Shown here piece by piece: positions 37,009 through 48,186 of a stretch of 64,000 nt of DNA. The DNA lies in the NCBI GenBank assembly GCA_020137815.1, contig CM035353.1, forward strand, positions 4,340,001 to 4,404,000, read 5' to 3'. The notes under the pieces were generated by a model, which saw nothing but the letters and a program-made list of their open reading frames with translations, was not told where the DNA came from and ran no database searches. A program made the translations under genes and the position numbers. The stretch comes from Hormiphora californensis (lineage: Eukaryota > Animalia > Ctenophora). Numbering within the stretch: the first letter of the stretch is position 1; each line of letters opens with the position of its first letter.

Positions 37009-37594
37009 TGTAACACCTTGAAGCGAGGATTATCAACTCTATTCTTCTCCATGATCCAGGGGAACTTGAACAATAGGCCCCACCTGTTAACGCTGACCAA
37101 CAACTTCTACCTCATGAAGGATGAATAGAGCCGATTGGACAGGCAGAGTCACGTGAGGACCTGCCGCACCGTCTTATTTAAAAAGACGAAGCGAGGAGCC
37201 CACGGGACTGATTGTCTGGCAGAACACTTTCTGAGGCAAAAGCATAGTTTACACTTTCCTTACATTCTAACTTTTAGTTTCGTGTAGGGAACTCCGTGTG
37301 TTTTATCTTTGTCCTTTATTGCAAAAGGTAATTATCACTTTACAACAAACACAACAACCCTTTGTCCTCACTCAACATCTATCATGCCGGATATTGAGAG
37401 TGGTATTCCCACCTCACAAATAAATCCAGGGCGGCGATGGAGAAGCGTAGCGACAGAGCAGGGAGGCCATGCAGAGGGAGGCGGAATAGAAGTCGGGGGA
37501 GGATCCGGATACTAATCTGAGCTCAGCGGGGCCAGGGAGGCTGATTAGGAGCACCGACGGGCGGAATGAGCGCCTGAAAGCAATGAGGAGGACA
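37009..37594 (+). mobile_element. Solo LTR, 586 bp, TG...CA, 5-bp TSD AGCAC
   Basis: AGCAC at 37004-37008 and 37595-37599; internal TATTTAAA and AATAAA. Confidence 0.75.
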
Positions 37595-39388
37595 AGCACC
37601 CGAACGCGGCTTACCACCTTGCCTACGGGCGCAACCTCAGCAGGGTCTATTCGACATCGTTTCACGCAACACACAGCTAGCAGTTTGTAAATTCATTTGT
37701 CATATCATTGGGAGGGAAAAAATTATATAATTAAGCTCATTCCTCGATTTGTGATCATATGGTACGATCAGATAATGGTGAGGAAAATATGTCGGAGGGG
37801 GAATAGAGGGTTGGAAACTCGCTCCAACTTATGTGGGATGAAGGAATGCAGCAGCATTCTAGAAGATACACCGGGGTCGCGCACATCACATGTACGGGAC
37901 GCTACTTGCGTGGGGTGCAGTAATACATTGACGGGATCATGATTGACAATTTCCATGGGGAAACACATCCTAGACACGGAGGGGTACGGGGAAAAACACG
38001 GGCTATCGAGACGTTATGGAGTACACCCGGGGGGGGGGGGTCTGGACACCCTAGACACAGGGCTGCGGCTGCCTCGCATTATCTATTTAGGGTAACTGAA
38101 GCGACAAAGGAGTTGCTTCTAAATTGGAATTGGCAGTGGAGGGTATCAGGGATCTATTAGATATGGTTTTGCGGTTCGCAATTAAAAGAACCGAGATATC
38201 ACCGCGGTCATCTAATGGGGCCGATCGCCGGTGGGGTTAGTATTTGCATGCCTCTTTACTTTATTATTTATTTGTTGCCATATTTGTTATTTTTTCTTTT
38301 GGACCTAATAACATCCCTCGCTAATTCGAGTCAATCATTATTGTATTGTTTTCACTAGTTTTTGTTTGCAACAATAATAGAAGACACCTCTAACACCTTC
38401 TCCCTTTTCTCAGTCTGTGATGTCCTCTGTGGGAGATTCGGTTGTAATCCTGGAAGGAGCCGCCGATGTGATCAGTGTGGATGAGAGTGCATAGTTGAAG
38501 GACACTTGAAAATATGGTAGAGGAGTGAACTGTATTAATATGTGGGGTGACCAATTAAGACAATATTAAGACGGGTTTATGTCGACCTGAGTTTTGCAAT
38601 GTTTTCAATTCTGTGAGAGTAACCCTGATGCCAGGCCCATATATACTCTTGGTTGGGAGAGGGGGTGGATGTGGGGTTACACCCTTTGTTTCCCCTCTTT
38701 CGCACTAGCCAGATCTATATTATTACGATATATTAGTTTTAAAAGTGTTTGTGTTGTGAGTGCCATTACAGTGCTGAAGTGGATCAATCCTTTCAACTTC
38801 ATGAGGTGCGAAGTTCTACTAATGGGACACGGCAGACCTATACAAATACCAGGGAGCAACCGGTGAGGGTTGGCCCTGGGTATATATAAAGCCCACTGCG
38901 CATTTTTTTGAGAAATAACACCCGCGCGGTAGCGGGCTGATATGACTGCATCCGAAATGATAAATCTCATAACTCCGCTATAAAAGTGCAATTTAATTAC
39001 ACGCCCAAGATTTCACCCAAAAGGTGTGAAACTCTTTCTTTGGTTTGTGTACACACTGTTGCCAAAGAGAGAGGGATTGACACAACAGGGGCGGCAGAAA
39101 TGGCGACAAGAGGGAGAGAGACAAGAGAGACATTGGGTAATCGTATCTCTCTCTATTTAATTAGCACCCAATATTCGCTTTTGTGTGGTGTGGTGTCTAG
39201 ACATGTCTAGACATGTCTGGAGTTGAAAAGGGAACATATTTGAAGGGTGACATGAGTTGTGTTGCCTCTCTCTCGCTGTGTCATTATTTGTTGTTGACTG
39301 TGAACTTTGATGATGTTGAATAGTTGTCAAATTGACTTGAAAAACTTGACAGGGGATTAGTGTGTTCTCTCCTTGCTTGCAGTGGGCG

Positions 39389-39555
39389 TTATATGCTATA
39401 ACACATTATGTGTATCAAATATATCGCCTCTCCTACGTTCGGGGGCGATATATTGCATATCGTCTCTTGCTCCGCAAGGAGCCGATATGCGTGCATATCA
39501 CGCCCCGCGCGGGGCGCGATATACAGATACACCACCGGTGTTATAGCACATATAA
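39389..39555. repeat. Small multi-hairpin inverted-repeat element
   Basis: Outer IR tatatgctataacac/gtgttatagcacatata enclosing three (atatcg..cgatat) hairpins. Confidence 0.6.
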
Positions 39556-39832
39556 AGAAGTATTTTATTTCGAAGTGAGCGTTGTTACTGTACTTCTGTG
39601 CTCGATTATTTATTATTCTATGCCAGCTAATAACGTGTCGCCCCCAGTTCCAACAGGACATGATTGCCATTGTGAGTTGACCGCAAAACCTCAAATGAAT
39701 TTCTGAACACTTGTTTAGTAGGTAATACTTATAACTCAGGGCTAACTTTGTAACTTGAAGCTACGAACTTAGTATACTAAATTATAGCCTCAATCTGTGC
39801 TCCCTGTGAGCGAGTTATATTTTACATTATGT

Positions 39833-40442
39833 TGTGATTGGGAACTGCATTGGGTGGTTATGACGTCTCGGCGAATACTCTGCCTCATTGGGGTGAAGTC
39901 TTGACGCTGATTAACTCTTACTGAATTCAGACTATTCATCAACCGAGACCAGGATAGGAGAAGGAACGAGTGATTAACCGTATTAAGGAGACATGAACCA
40001 GGATTACGGAGAAGGAACGAGTGATTATATCGTATTAATCGAGGGCTATAGGAGATTACTCCGCGTAGGTTGCATGGGACTATAAACAGGAATGGAGGGG
40101 GAAACGCTCCCTGACAGACACTTCAAAACTCGTAATAAGAGTCATTTTACTGTAGTTAGAGACTTTTGATTGTAATAGTTAAAACTACACTATATACTTA
40201 GTTCTAACCCAGTATATTCGGTTTTTAGTACTCTTCGTTTCTATATCATTATAAATAGAAACAGTTTACGACCACACGCAAATCACCCAGCAATGACCCT
40301 CAGCCTACCACAGAGCGGAACACAGACTGAGTCAGGCAGACCCTTACTATCACTACTGGTGGGTTAGAGCAGACTCCGGTTCTGCATCCCGCATTAGTGA
40401 ATAATTGAAGAAGAAAGGTCCACGGGATCAATAATTAGAACA
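39833..40442 (+). mobile_element. Solo LTR, 610 bp, TG...CA, 4-bp TSD ATGT
   Basis: ATGT at 39829-39832 and 40443-40446; TATAAA at 40081; internal direct repeat. Confidence 0.78.
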
Positions 40443-41335
40443 ATGTATTTTGTTGCCCGGTACGTCACCAGTTCTGAAATCAGGACATCGACGAAATTTC
40501 TGAGATGCGCGCTGTAGAAGGACATGTACATGTACAACAATTGCACTGAGATGGACACAGTTGTGGGCAGTGAAGTTTAGAGGCACGGTTATCGAGAGAG
40601 ACCATAGAGACTACTCTACAGAGTGGAGAATAATGCTCCTTGATGTCATCGAGACGTCGCAGACCTAGTTTTTCCACTTCGTTTTCCTAGCTCCGTTCCT
40701 AAACAAGCTGGACTATTATACCAGCAGAGTTTAACCAAGCCCCATGTAAAATAACGGAAATAGACACGGATGGGACACAGTTGTGTGTATTAACCGGCAA
40801 CATTAAAGGTTAGATTAGGGCGGGCTGGATTGTCTCGTATCATTTAAGAATCGTTACTAATGAATAGATAAAGATAAAAGATCTGTTTTAGCTGATTTAG
40901 TAACTATTTCTTCTTCTGCGCAATCTGCAAGAACAGTTTTATCACTTTGAAACAAAAATGTCTCTGGCTGAGGGGGTGCGGCAATGGTAGGCGGTAAATG
41001 TTAACCAGATATGTGTAGAATTTCGCACGTGCTCCTAACTCAGTCATTTTCTTGACCATAAACTCAGCCATTTCTGACCAAATTGGTCAAAAATGACTGA
41101 GTATGACAAAAACGTGGTTTTGCACGTACGTTTTCTCCAGTATTCTGGAACATTTACCGCCTACCTCGGCAATGGGCCCGCTCCACCACAGGGACGATGG
41201 TACGAACACCTCTGCAGACAATTCCTGCTGGAAGGCGGAGGTTTGGAAGGCACAAATGAGCACTATAGCGAGACGGTAACACTCCCCTACAAGGCTCTAG
41301 AAGATATGTTCTTCCAAAATTAAACCGGGTGGACT

Positions 41336-42660
41336 CTATCCCCTCCGCAGTAAACTCTCTAACCCTACAGACCATATCCATTTGCATCCGAACCAAATAT
41401 TCCTAGTTTCTTGGACCGTTGGGAGTGGGTGCAAATTAGACACCGTAGCGTCATTGAGTAGCCTGAAATCGATACACATTCTATTCTTTCCATTCTTCTT
41501 CTTGACTATCACTAAGGGGGACCGATAAGTAGCTGTGCTCGGTTCTAACACTCCCATTTCAATCATGTCTAGAATCATCTCTTTAGCCGTTTCGAAGCTG
41601 TGCATGGGTATGGGTCTATTTTTGTTAACAACAGTGGCATTTTCTTTAAGTTTTATCTCATGTGTATACAGGGTAGTTAGACCCAGTTCCTTATCTGAAA
41701 GACTGAAGATTTCTTGGTATTCCTTCACCAATTCCCGAACTTGAGCTTTCTGCTCCGGCGTTAGTAGAGGGTTGTCTTCGAACTGGAGTTTTTGTAGTAT
41801 AGCTTCTACTCTTCTTTCCTCTCCCCATTCCCAAGTGGGTATATCCGATTTCCAGTCTCCTTCGGCCAATTCAGTGACCGTTCCTACCACATCTCCTGTG
41901 GCAAAGTGCACACTCATGGGCTCGTCCCCCTGTCCCGCATTCACTGGGATCGCTGTCTCTGCACCTGTTAGTGTAACAAGACAGGTACTCTCCCCGCCCC
42001 CCACTTTGGAGCTGTAGAAGCATGTAGCCGGAAATGAGATCTCGCCCTCAATCTCGCATGTAATTGTTCCTTTTCCTTGTAATGTGTTATCTCTTTTAAG
42101 TTTCACATTTGCGACTCTGGATGGTCCTCGTCTGACCTTCATTATTGTTGATTGCTGGTCTTCCAGCATTAAAGTTAAGTCATTAAAGTTCAGCTTAGCT
42201 TTTGTCTGTTCCAAGAATTCAGTTCCTAATATAATTGTCTCTACAATACCAGCAATAATAAAGCGTACATTTAGCATTTTTTCTCTAACTCTGAGTTGGA
42301 GTTTCGTCTGTCCTTCTACAGCTAGCCCTCCTCCTCCAGCTGAAAGGAGGCTCACCTTTGTGTCCTCTCTTTTTTTGTTTTTTAACCAATCCCCCATTAT
42401 ACGGGAAGATATCAGATTATATTTGGATCCTGTGTCCACTAAGGCGGGGATCTTTCTATTGTCTATTTCTACCACTAAATAATAGTGTCCGTCTCCTTCT
42501 GAGACATTGCCTACAACTGAAATGTTCCTCACTATCTCCTCTTTTCTAGTTTCCGGCCCTTTCGTTTTTATCTCCGCTTCCTGAGTCTTGATTGGTTCCT
42601 GATCTCCCACCAAGTTCTCTCCAGGGCCCTCTCCAGAAGCGGATATTAGTTTGATGGAGC
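41336..42660 (-). CDS. pol: Gypsy pol: aspartic protease plus RT N-terminus, 3'-truncated; -1 frame relative to gag
   Basis: ALVDTGS, ILGTEFL, YRSPLVIVKKKNGKNRMCIDFRLLN, HPLP. Confidence 0.95.
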
Positions 42661-44343
42661 CTGTCTAGGTTGCATTCGCTGGGCTGGGGGGTATCTATTA
42701 TCTTGTAACGCTCTTTCCACTGCATCATTTGGTGTGTTCCTTGTTGTTTCTCTGCATTGGGTCGAGATATGCCCTTCCTTGTTGCACCTGTAACATCTCA
42801 CCTTAGGGCATCGGTTTGAGAGGTGTCCCTCCATTCCACAGGTATTACACGTCATAGGTCCCCTGTTATTCCTTGGTTGGTTCCAGGATCCTCTTCTCTG
42901 CTGTTGGTACCCACTCGGACCAGGTTGGTTCCAGGATCCTCTTGCCTGCTGCTGGTAACCGCTCGGCCCCTGCTGGTTCCAGAGCGCATCCCTAGGTGGT
43001 TGACGATACCTGTTGTTCCCAGGTTGATTCCACTGTCCTTTCCTCTGTTGTCCGGCATTGTTCTGGCCTCTTCTGGGGCTCTGGTTTCCTTTTGCTGAAC
43101 TGTAGCAGTTTCTAGCCAAGTGTCCCGTCTTTCCACAGTTGTAGCAGGCCCCCTTTTCCTGAATTGACCTTGCTTCGCCGCATTCCTTCCGGAGATGTCC
43201 CTCTTTTCCGCAGTTGTAACACCGTTTTGTGTTCTCGACCACATTGAATACCATGCGGCTCGGAGTATCCTCTGCCGGTCTTGCCTGATATACCGCTTCA
43301 AGTTCTATGGCATGTTTGACTGCCTCCTCAAACTCGTTATGTTTGGCTTTCAGCAGATCCTTTCCGATTCCATCATCTCGCACCCCCAGGGTGAATACGT
43401 CCAGCATTACCGATTTCCTCATATTCTCCTCTTCATATGCGACCACTGCATCTTCTGCTAGTCTCGTTGCGAAGTCGGACATTCTCTCTCCTTCTCTTTG
43501 CCTCGCATCAAACAGCTTTGATCGAGATTGTGCTTTTGGATGTACTTCTTCCAATTCCCTCACTATCTCGTTCAATGCCTCTTCTACCGTTGGCCTTGGG
43601 TCTCTTTCTCCTAAGTTCATCCGAAGAACCCTCTTTTGTGCTCTTGCGTCGAGGTATGAGGTCAGGAGGTTTATTAGTGCCCAGCTGTCGTCAGCAATGT
43701 TAGATGCCTTGGAATAAATCTTGAATCGTGCCAGGTACGATCTGATGTTATCAATCCCAGAAGCAAATTTCGGGGGTCTCATAGCCACTGCTGTTGTTCT
43801 CTCTCTCGGCCTGTTTTCTGTAGGTACTGGCAAATTGTCCATTACTCTGGTTTGCGCGTCCAGGACCCTGCGACTGACCTGATAGTTGTTCTCCAGTGCA
43901 GTGTATGCTCCGTGCATTCTTCTTATCTCTCTCTCCAAGTTTTCCACCTGGTCCGATTTCCTGTGAAACAAAGCCAGTTCAGTTCTTAAAGTGTTCCACA
44001 TGTTATCTCCGTGTTCGAGATCTGGGTTCAGGAGTCTGGCTGCTTGTTGATATTCTGCTATCTCCTGGTCTATCATATCTCCTCTCCCGATCTCTCCTTC
44101 CTGTAGTCTTTGCCTGTCTCTCCTCCTCCTTTCCTCTGCATGCTCCATCGCTATTTCCACCTCATCTCGTACTCTCTCCTGTTGGCCCTCGTTCTCTTCT
44201 TCTCCGCCCCTTTCTTGTTGTACAGCTGCAGCCGCCGCCACAGCCACAGCCGCATTTGCATTTTCCAACTGTTGCTGTTCTACCCTTAGTTCATTTTCTA
44301 ATGCCTCCAATTGGAGTCGATCTTGCTCTTGTTGTCCTTCCAT
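42646..44343 (-). CDS. gag: Gypsy gag with four CCHC zinc knuckles
   Basis: Coiled-coil N-terminus, PPKF, Q.EGE...F..RL, four CX2CX4HX4C motifs. Confidence 0.95.
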   Translation of the reverse strand: MEGQQEQDRLQLEALENELRVEQQQLENANAAVAVAAAAAVQQERGGEEENEGQQERVRDEVEIAMEHAEERRRRDRQRLQEGEIGRGDMIDQEIAEYQQAARLLNPDLEHGDNMWNTLRTELALFHRKSDQVENLEREIRRMHGAYTALENNYQVSRRVLDAQTRVMDNLPVPTENRPRERTTAVAMRPPKFASGIDNIRSYLARFKIYSKASNIADDSWALINLLTSYLDARAQKRVLRMNLGERDPRPTVEEALNEIVRELEEVHPKAQSRSKLFDARQREGERMSDFATRLAEDAVVAYEEENMRKSVMLDVFTLGVRDDGIGKDLLKAKHNEFEEAVKHAIELEAVYQARPAEDTPSRMVFNVVENTKRCYNCGKEGHLRKECGEARSIQEKGACYNCGKTGHLARNCYSSAKGNQSPRRGQNNAGQQRKGQWNQPGNNRYRQPPRDALWNQQGPSGYQQQARGSWNQPGPSGYQQQRRGSWNQPRNNRGPMTCNTCGMEGHLSNRCPKVRCYRCNKEGHISTQCRETTRNTPNDAVERALQDNRYPPAQRMQPRQAPSN

Positions 44344-44686
44344 TCTATAAAAAGTTGGCTTTATTAGTTTTATTCCTTATAAAGTTGTTTTAGTCATTAA
44401 ATATTATTCAATTGTCCAAACGATATATGTCAGTGGTTACAATCTATTCTTAAGTAAAACATCCTCGTGTTACGTTGTATAAACTTTCCTTTTAACAAAT
44501 CATATTCTCTATTTCACACGATTGTTTCAAATGATAAAATGTATTAAACGATTGTTTCACACGCCGCTACTTAAGTTTATATTACTTAAATATATCACAT
44601 ATTTTCTCACATTTTATATGTCCTTGCATATTACTTTTAATTTATAAAAGCAATTCTCTATCTTCACTGGAATTAATTGTTGTTGA

Positions 44687-45400
44687 TCATACTATATGAC
44701 CCTCCAATCTCCTGTGATTCGCTCTAGCCCTATTCAGTGCTGTTGCATATAACGTAAGCTCTCTTAGTGTTTTTGGAGCATTGTCTATCTCTATTCTCAA
44801 TCTAATTGCTTCTTCCGCATTCTCTGTCGAGATGTGATATGTCAATAGATGTTTTATACAATTCAATACTCCGTACGATGCTCTCCCATCTGCTATTTCT
44901 CTCTCGTCCTCTCTTAGTGTTTTGAATTTATAGTAGCACTTTATTCTTAACCCATCCTCCGAGTCAGTGTTCCGTGCCCCGACGACCAAATCATTCACTG
45001 TCATGTTGTCTCTCAGTCCTATTCCCCCGTTCAATAGGCGATGAAAGTCTCTGATTAGTTCCTTCCACCACCATATAACATATGTCAAGCAATACTTTTG
45101 CAAGACCAGTGGTTCGTTGGCCTCATATGTTACTACTTGACTTACTTCTAATCTCTCCGTCTCTTCGGGTACCGGTGCTATGAAGGTTACATTACCTCCA
45201 AAGAAGTCCAATTGTCTAATCCTCGATGACTCCCTATAAATGGTATCCGGCCCCCATAATATGTGTGCCTCTATTGTTTCGTGGATTGTTCCTGGTATTT
45301 CCATCACTGTTAGCCCTACCCGGCCAGCTGATCCTCGTTGTTCCTGTGCCTCAGTGTAAGTCTCCTCATCCTCTGATTCTGTGTCGGACTTATTAACCAT
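44687..45400 (-). CDS. ORF0, 237-aa accessory protein upstream of gag
   Basis: Intact ORF; homolog at 18140-18700. Confidence 0.75.
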   Translation of the reverse strand: MVNKSDTESEDEETYTEAQEQRGSAGRVGLTVMEIPGTIHETIEAHILWGPDTIYRESSRIRQLDFFGGNVTFIAPVPEETERLEVSQVVTYEANEPLVLQKYCLTYVIWWWKELIRDFHRLLNGGIGLRDNMTVNDLVVGARNTDSEDGLRIKCYYKFKTLREDEREIADGRASYGVLNCIKHLLTYHISTENAEEAIRLRIEIDNAPKTLRELTLYATALNRARANHRRLEGHIV

Positions 45401-46291
45401 CCTTGCTATAATGTGTACCGGTTAGTGATGTATTTTTTCCATCATGATTCATTAACACTCTCTGATTCTTATTCATAAACACACTATTACATCATAATTA
45501 TTAATTTACAATCATAACTTCCACACGAATTATATTACTCTCACAATTAATAATTAGTACAACTAGTCCTTTCTCCGCAACTACAGAATATGGCGGACTT
45601 GGTAACCGTAGAATAGCATTCCCTTTAATCTTGTATACGTCTCCTCACAGAGCCATATCAGATCTAGGGGGTTGTTACCTAATATAAATAATACTTTCAT
45701 TTCATGTTTCATACACTGCAAATACCGCATCCAGTCTGGGATAGGGTATTACATTATTGTCTGATACCTCCCGCTATAAAAAGCTTAAGCTATAATCAAT
45801 AAATCATACCAATTACCACACGCCACATACCACCCGCCCTGCCTTGCAGGTCGGGCAGCGTGCGTTGTATCGAACCACCACCGCGGGCGTGGGGCGATCC
45901 CCCACATTCTCACCTGTCCCCACTGATTGTACGTCTGAAGCTTTCACTTACCTTACTGGGGATGATTCGATGGCTCACCAATACCGCTTTCATGTGTCGT
46001 GCCTCTGTGGTGTGTGCCTCTTTGTTGTCCCTGCCTGTGAACTGTACCCCACATAGAATACAGTTATTCTCCTCTATTCCGTCCTCCTTATTCAGCCCTG
46101 GAAATAATATTAGTCTTTAGCCCAGTGATCTCTATTATACTGACACGATCGATGTGGTGGGAAAGTAGAGCACGAAAACGCGTAACCGCGGCCAGTCAGG
46201 AAGCTAGCTTAGGGCACTAGTTCATGTCAAACGAATGCAATTTTTGCTGCGCGCTATACCAAGTGTGTGTCTCATTTATACTGCTTCTTCA

Positions 46292-46651
46292 TCACGTTAA
46301 CGCGATAACAAGCAGCGCTGTGAGGTTATATACACTTAGTTTCTCACCGAAGTGTTGGAATATTAGTCGTCTCCAGTGAGGGCGGTCCTCATCCTTGCAG
46401 CTTCTGTATAGTTTCTCCCAGTCTTCTGGAAGCTCGCCGGGAATATCTACCTTACATTTCCGGGCTGGGTCCTCGTAGTTTTTCAGCATCTCCTCTGTGA
46501 GCGCCCCTACTTTCCCTTGGCGGAGGCGTTTCTGATGTTTCTTGCTAGCGATGTGTTCTCTAGCCTGTGATTTGGTTACCATCTCGCCTGTCCCACACAT
46601 TAAACATGCAGCCATCATATCTGCTAAATTGAGGGTAGCTATGGTTACCAT
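46292..46651 (-). CDS. U1/matrin-type C2H2 zinc-finger protein (119 aa)
   Basis: CLMC-x13-HIASKKH; the HxxSKKH ending is typical of RNA-binding zf-met/JAZ fingers. Confidence 0.72.
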   Translation of the reverse strand: MVTIATLNLADMMAACLMCGTGEMVTKSQAREHIASKKHQKRLRQGKVGALTEEMLKNYEDPARKCKVDIPGELPEDWEKLYRSCKDEDRPHWRRLIFQHFGEKLSVYNLTALLVIALT

Positions 46652-46822
46652 GGATCACTCTGTGGCATTCTATACATATAACATCCTGGTGTTTCACAAC
46701 TGTCGCCCATTATCGATAATGACTCCAAGCTACGCTCTCCTTCTCTCTCTCCCTCTCTCTTTAACACTCCCTGTACGTTCAGTCTCCCTGTACTCTGTGT
46801 GTTCTCTCTAGCTCGGCTCTTT

Positions 46823-47284
46823 ATGTTGTGTCCTCACTGTTCTACCCCCATTACTCATCCCAGCCCATCTTCTAAACATCCACCCACTCCTTCCAATCTT
46901 AGTCCTCAACCAGCCCGTCGCCGCTACTGGAAGAATTACCGACGTAAAAAGGAGCAAGAAGTCGATCAGCTGAAAGCCCGTATATCTCAGCTTAAAACGA
47001 CAGTTGATCGGCAGAATGGGGATGTAGACGGGCTCAGCGTTGGACTCCTAATGGCCAACGCCGAACTGGAGGAGGCAACACAACGGGAGACCTCGCTTGC
47101 AGCCGAGTCCCAGCGGCATCTTGAAATGGCCGAGATGTACCGCCAGCAAGCGGAGTTCTACTATCACCAACTCTATCAGGTCTCTCAAGACCTTTACCGT
47201 GTGCACCAGAGAGTTGTGACCTATCTCTCCCCACCATCCGTCACACCTCTCCATCCCCCAGGGCCTCCACCATACCAGCCGTAA
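46823..47284 (+). CDS. bZIP-like basic/coiled-coil protein, antisense to gag-pol
   Basis: CxxC N-terminus; NYRRKKEQEVDQLKARISQL (R-x9-L, heptad Leu); four copies in the window; lacks the invariant bZIP Asn. Confidence 0.75.
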   Translation: MLCPHCSTPITHPSPSSKHPPTPSNLSPQPARRRYWKNYRRKKEQEVDQLKARISQLKTTVDRQNGDVDGLSVGLLMANAELEEATQRETSLAAESQRHLEMAEMYRQQAEFYYHQLYQVSQDLYRVHQRVVTYLSPPSVTPLHPPGPPPYQP

Positions 47285-47446
47285 GTTATTACCACTCTAC
47301 AAACATATTGCACAATCATTTATTTTTTTAAATAAATTTAAAATCAAACTAATAATTAATAATAATTAATAATAAATAATACTATAAAATATATGCTGAG
47401 CAGTGTCTCTCATAGTCATAGTGTCTCTATAGGGTGGTCGAGCTAC

Positions 47447-48070
47447 CTAGTATGTGTATTGAGGCGGGGGTGGTCTCCTCCTTCGGATGGCGCTCTCGAG
47501 GGACGGGTACGGTGACATCCGTGGGTCAAGGGGCCGGACCTTCTTGATCACCATACGGTTCCAGCCTGCCCCGGCAATGTAGCACGTCCGCCAGGTCTCC
47601 TCCTCTGCCTCCATATCGCTGTCTGGTGCCTCTTCTCCTTCCTCTAATTCCAAGGCCTCTGTCTCCCCCTCGTTTTCGTCTTCTGGGGCCTCTATTTTCA
47701 TCGGGTCAGCCTCTTCTCCTTCTTCCTCTTCCAGGGCCTCTGTCTCCCCCTCGTTTTCGTCTTCCGGGGCCTCTATTTTCACCGGGTCTGCCTCCTGTCC
47801 TTCTCCCTCTTCCAGGGCCTCTTCTTCGATTGGGTCTGCCTCCTGCTGTCCTTCCTCCTCCGGGGCCTCTTCTTCGATTTCTTGCGTCTCAACCGATTCC
47901 ACCCTCTCAGGTTTACCTCCCCCGAAAATCTCTATCTGGGGCCCGGATGTGACACCCTCGATATCTATTTCCCCGCCGGTGAGTCGGATTCTCGGTATCT
48001 TGGTGATGCCTTTCATCGTGATCTCCATTGATGGTCCAGATTCTGGAACTCTTCTGATCGTAAGATTCAT
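47447..48070 (-). CDS. Acidic accessory protein (207 aa)
   Basis: Paralog of 2669-3259; acceptor ccccttacag|ctATG. Confidence 0.82.
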   Translation of the reverse strand: MNLTIRRVPESGPSMEITMKGITKIPRIRLTGGEIDIEGVTSGPQIEIFGGGKPERVESVETQEIEEEAPEEEGQQEADPIEEEALEEGEGQEADPVKIEAPEDENEGETEALEEEEGEEADPMKIEAPEDENEGETEALELEEGEEAPDSDMEAEEETWRTCYIAGAGWNRMVIKKVRPLDPRMSPYPSLESAIRRRRPPPPQYTY

Positions 48071-48186
48071 AGCTGTAAGGGGTCGGATTAGTTTTTCAAT
48101 ATTCTGCTAAATGTAAATGCTAATTGCTAACTACCAGTGCAAATTCTAATTAACTCAGATATAATTGTAAACCAGGGGTTAGCAAG

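Noticed and set aside
41860-42120. dUTPase between protease and RT
   Set aside because: Beta-rich linker without the five dUTPase motifs.
42823-44393. Plus-strand ORFs overlapping gag (likewise over pol and the acidic genes)
   Set aside because: Shadow frames of purine-rich coding strands.
46244-46262. Alternative PBS TGGTATAGCGCGC upstream of ORF0
   Set aside because: No recognisable tRNA match or LTR copy beside it; if real it would weaken the cassette model.
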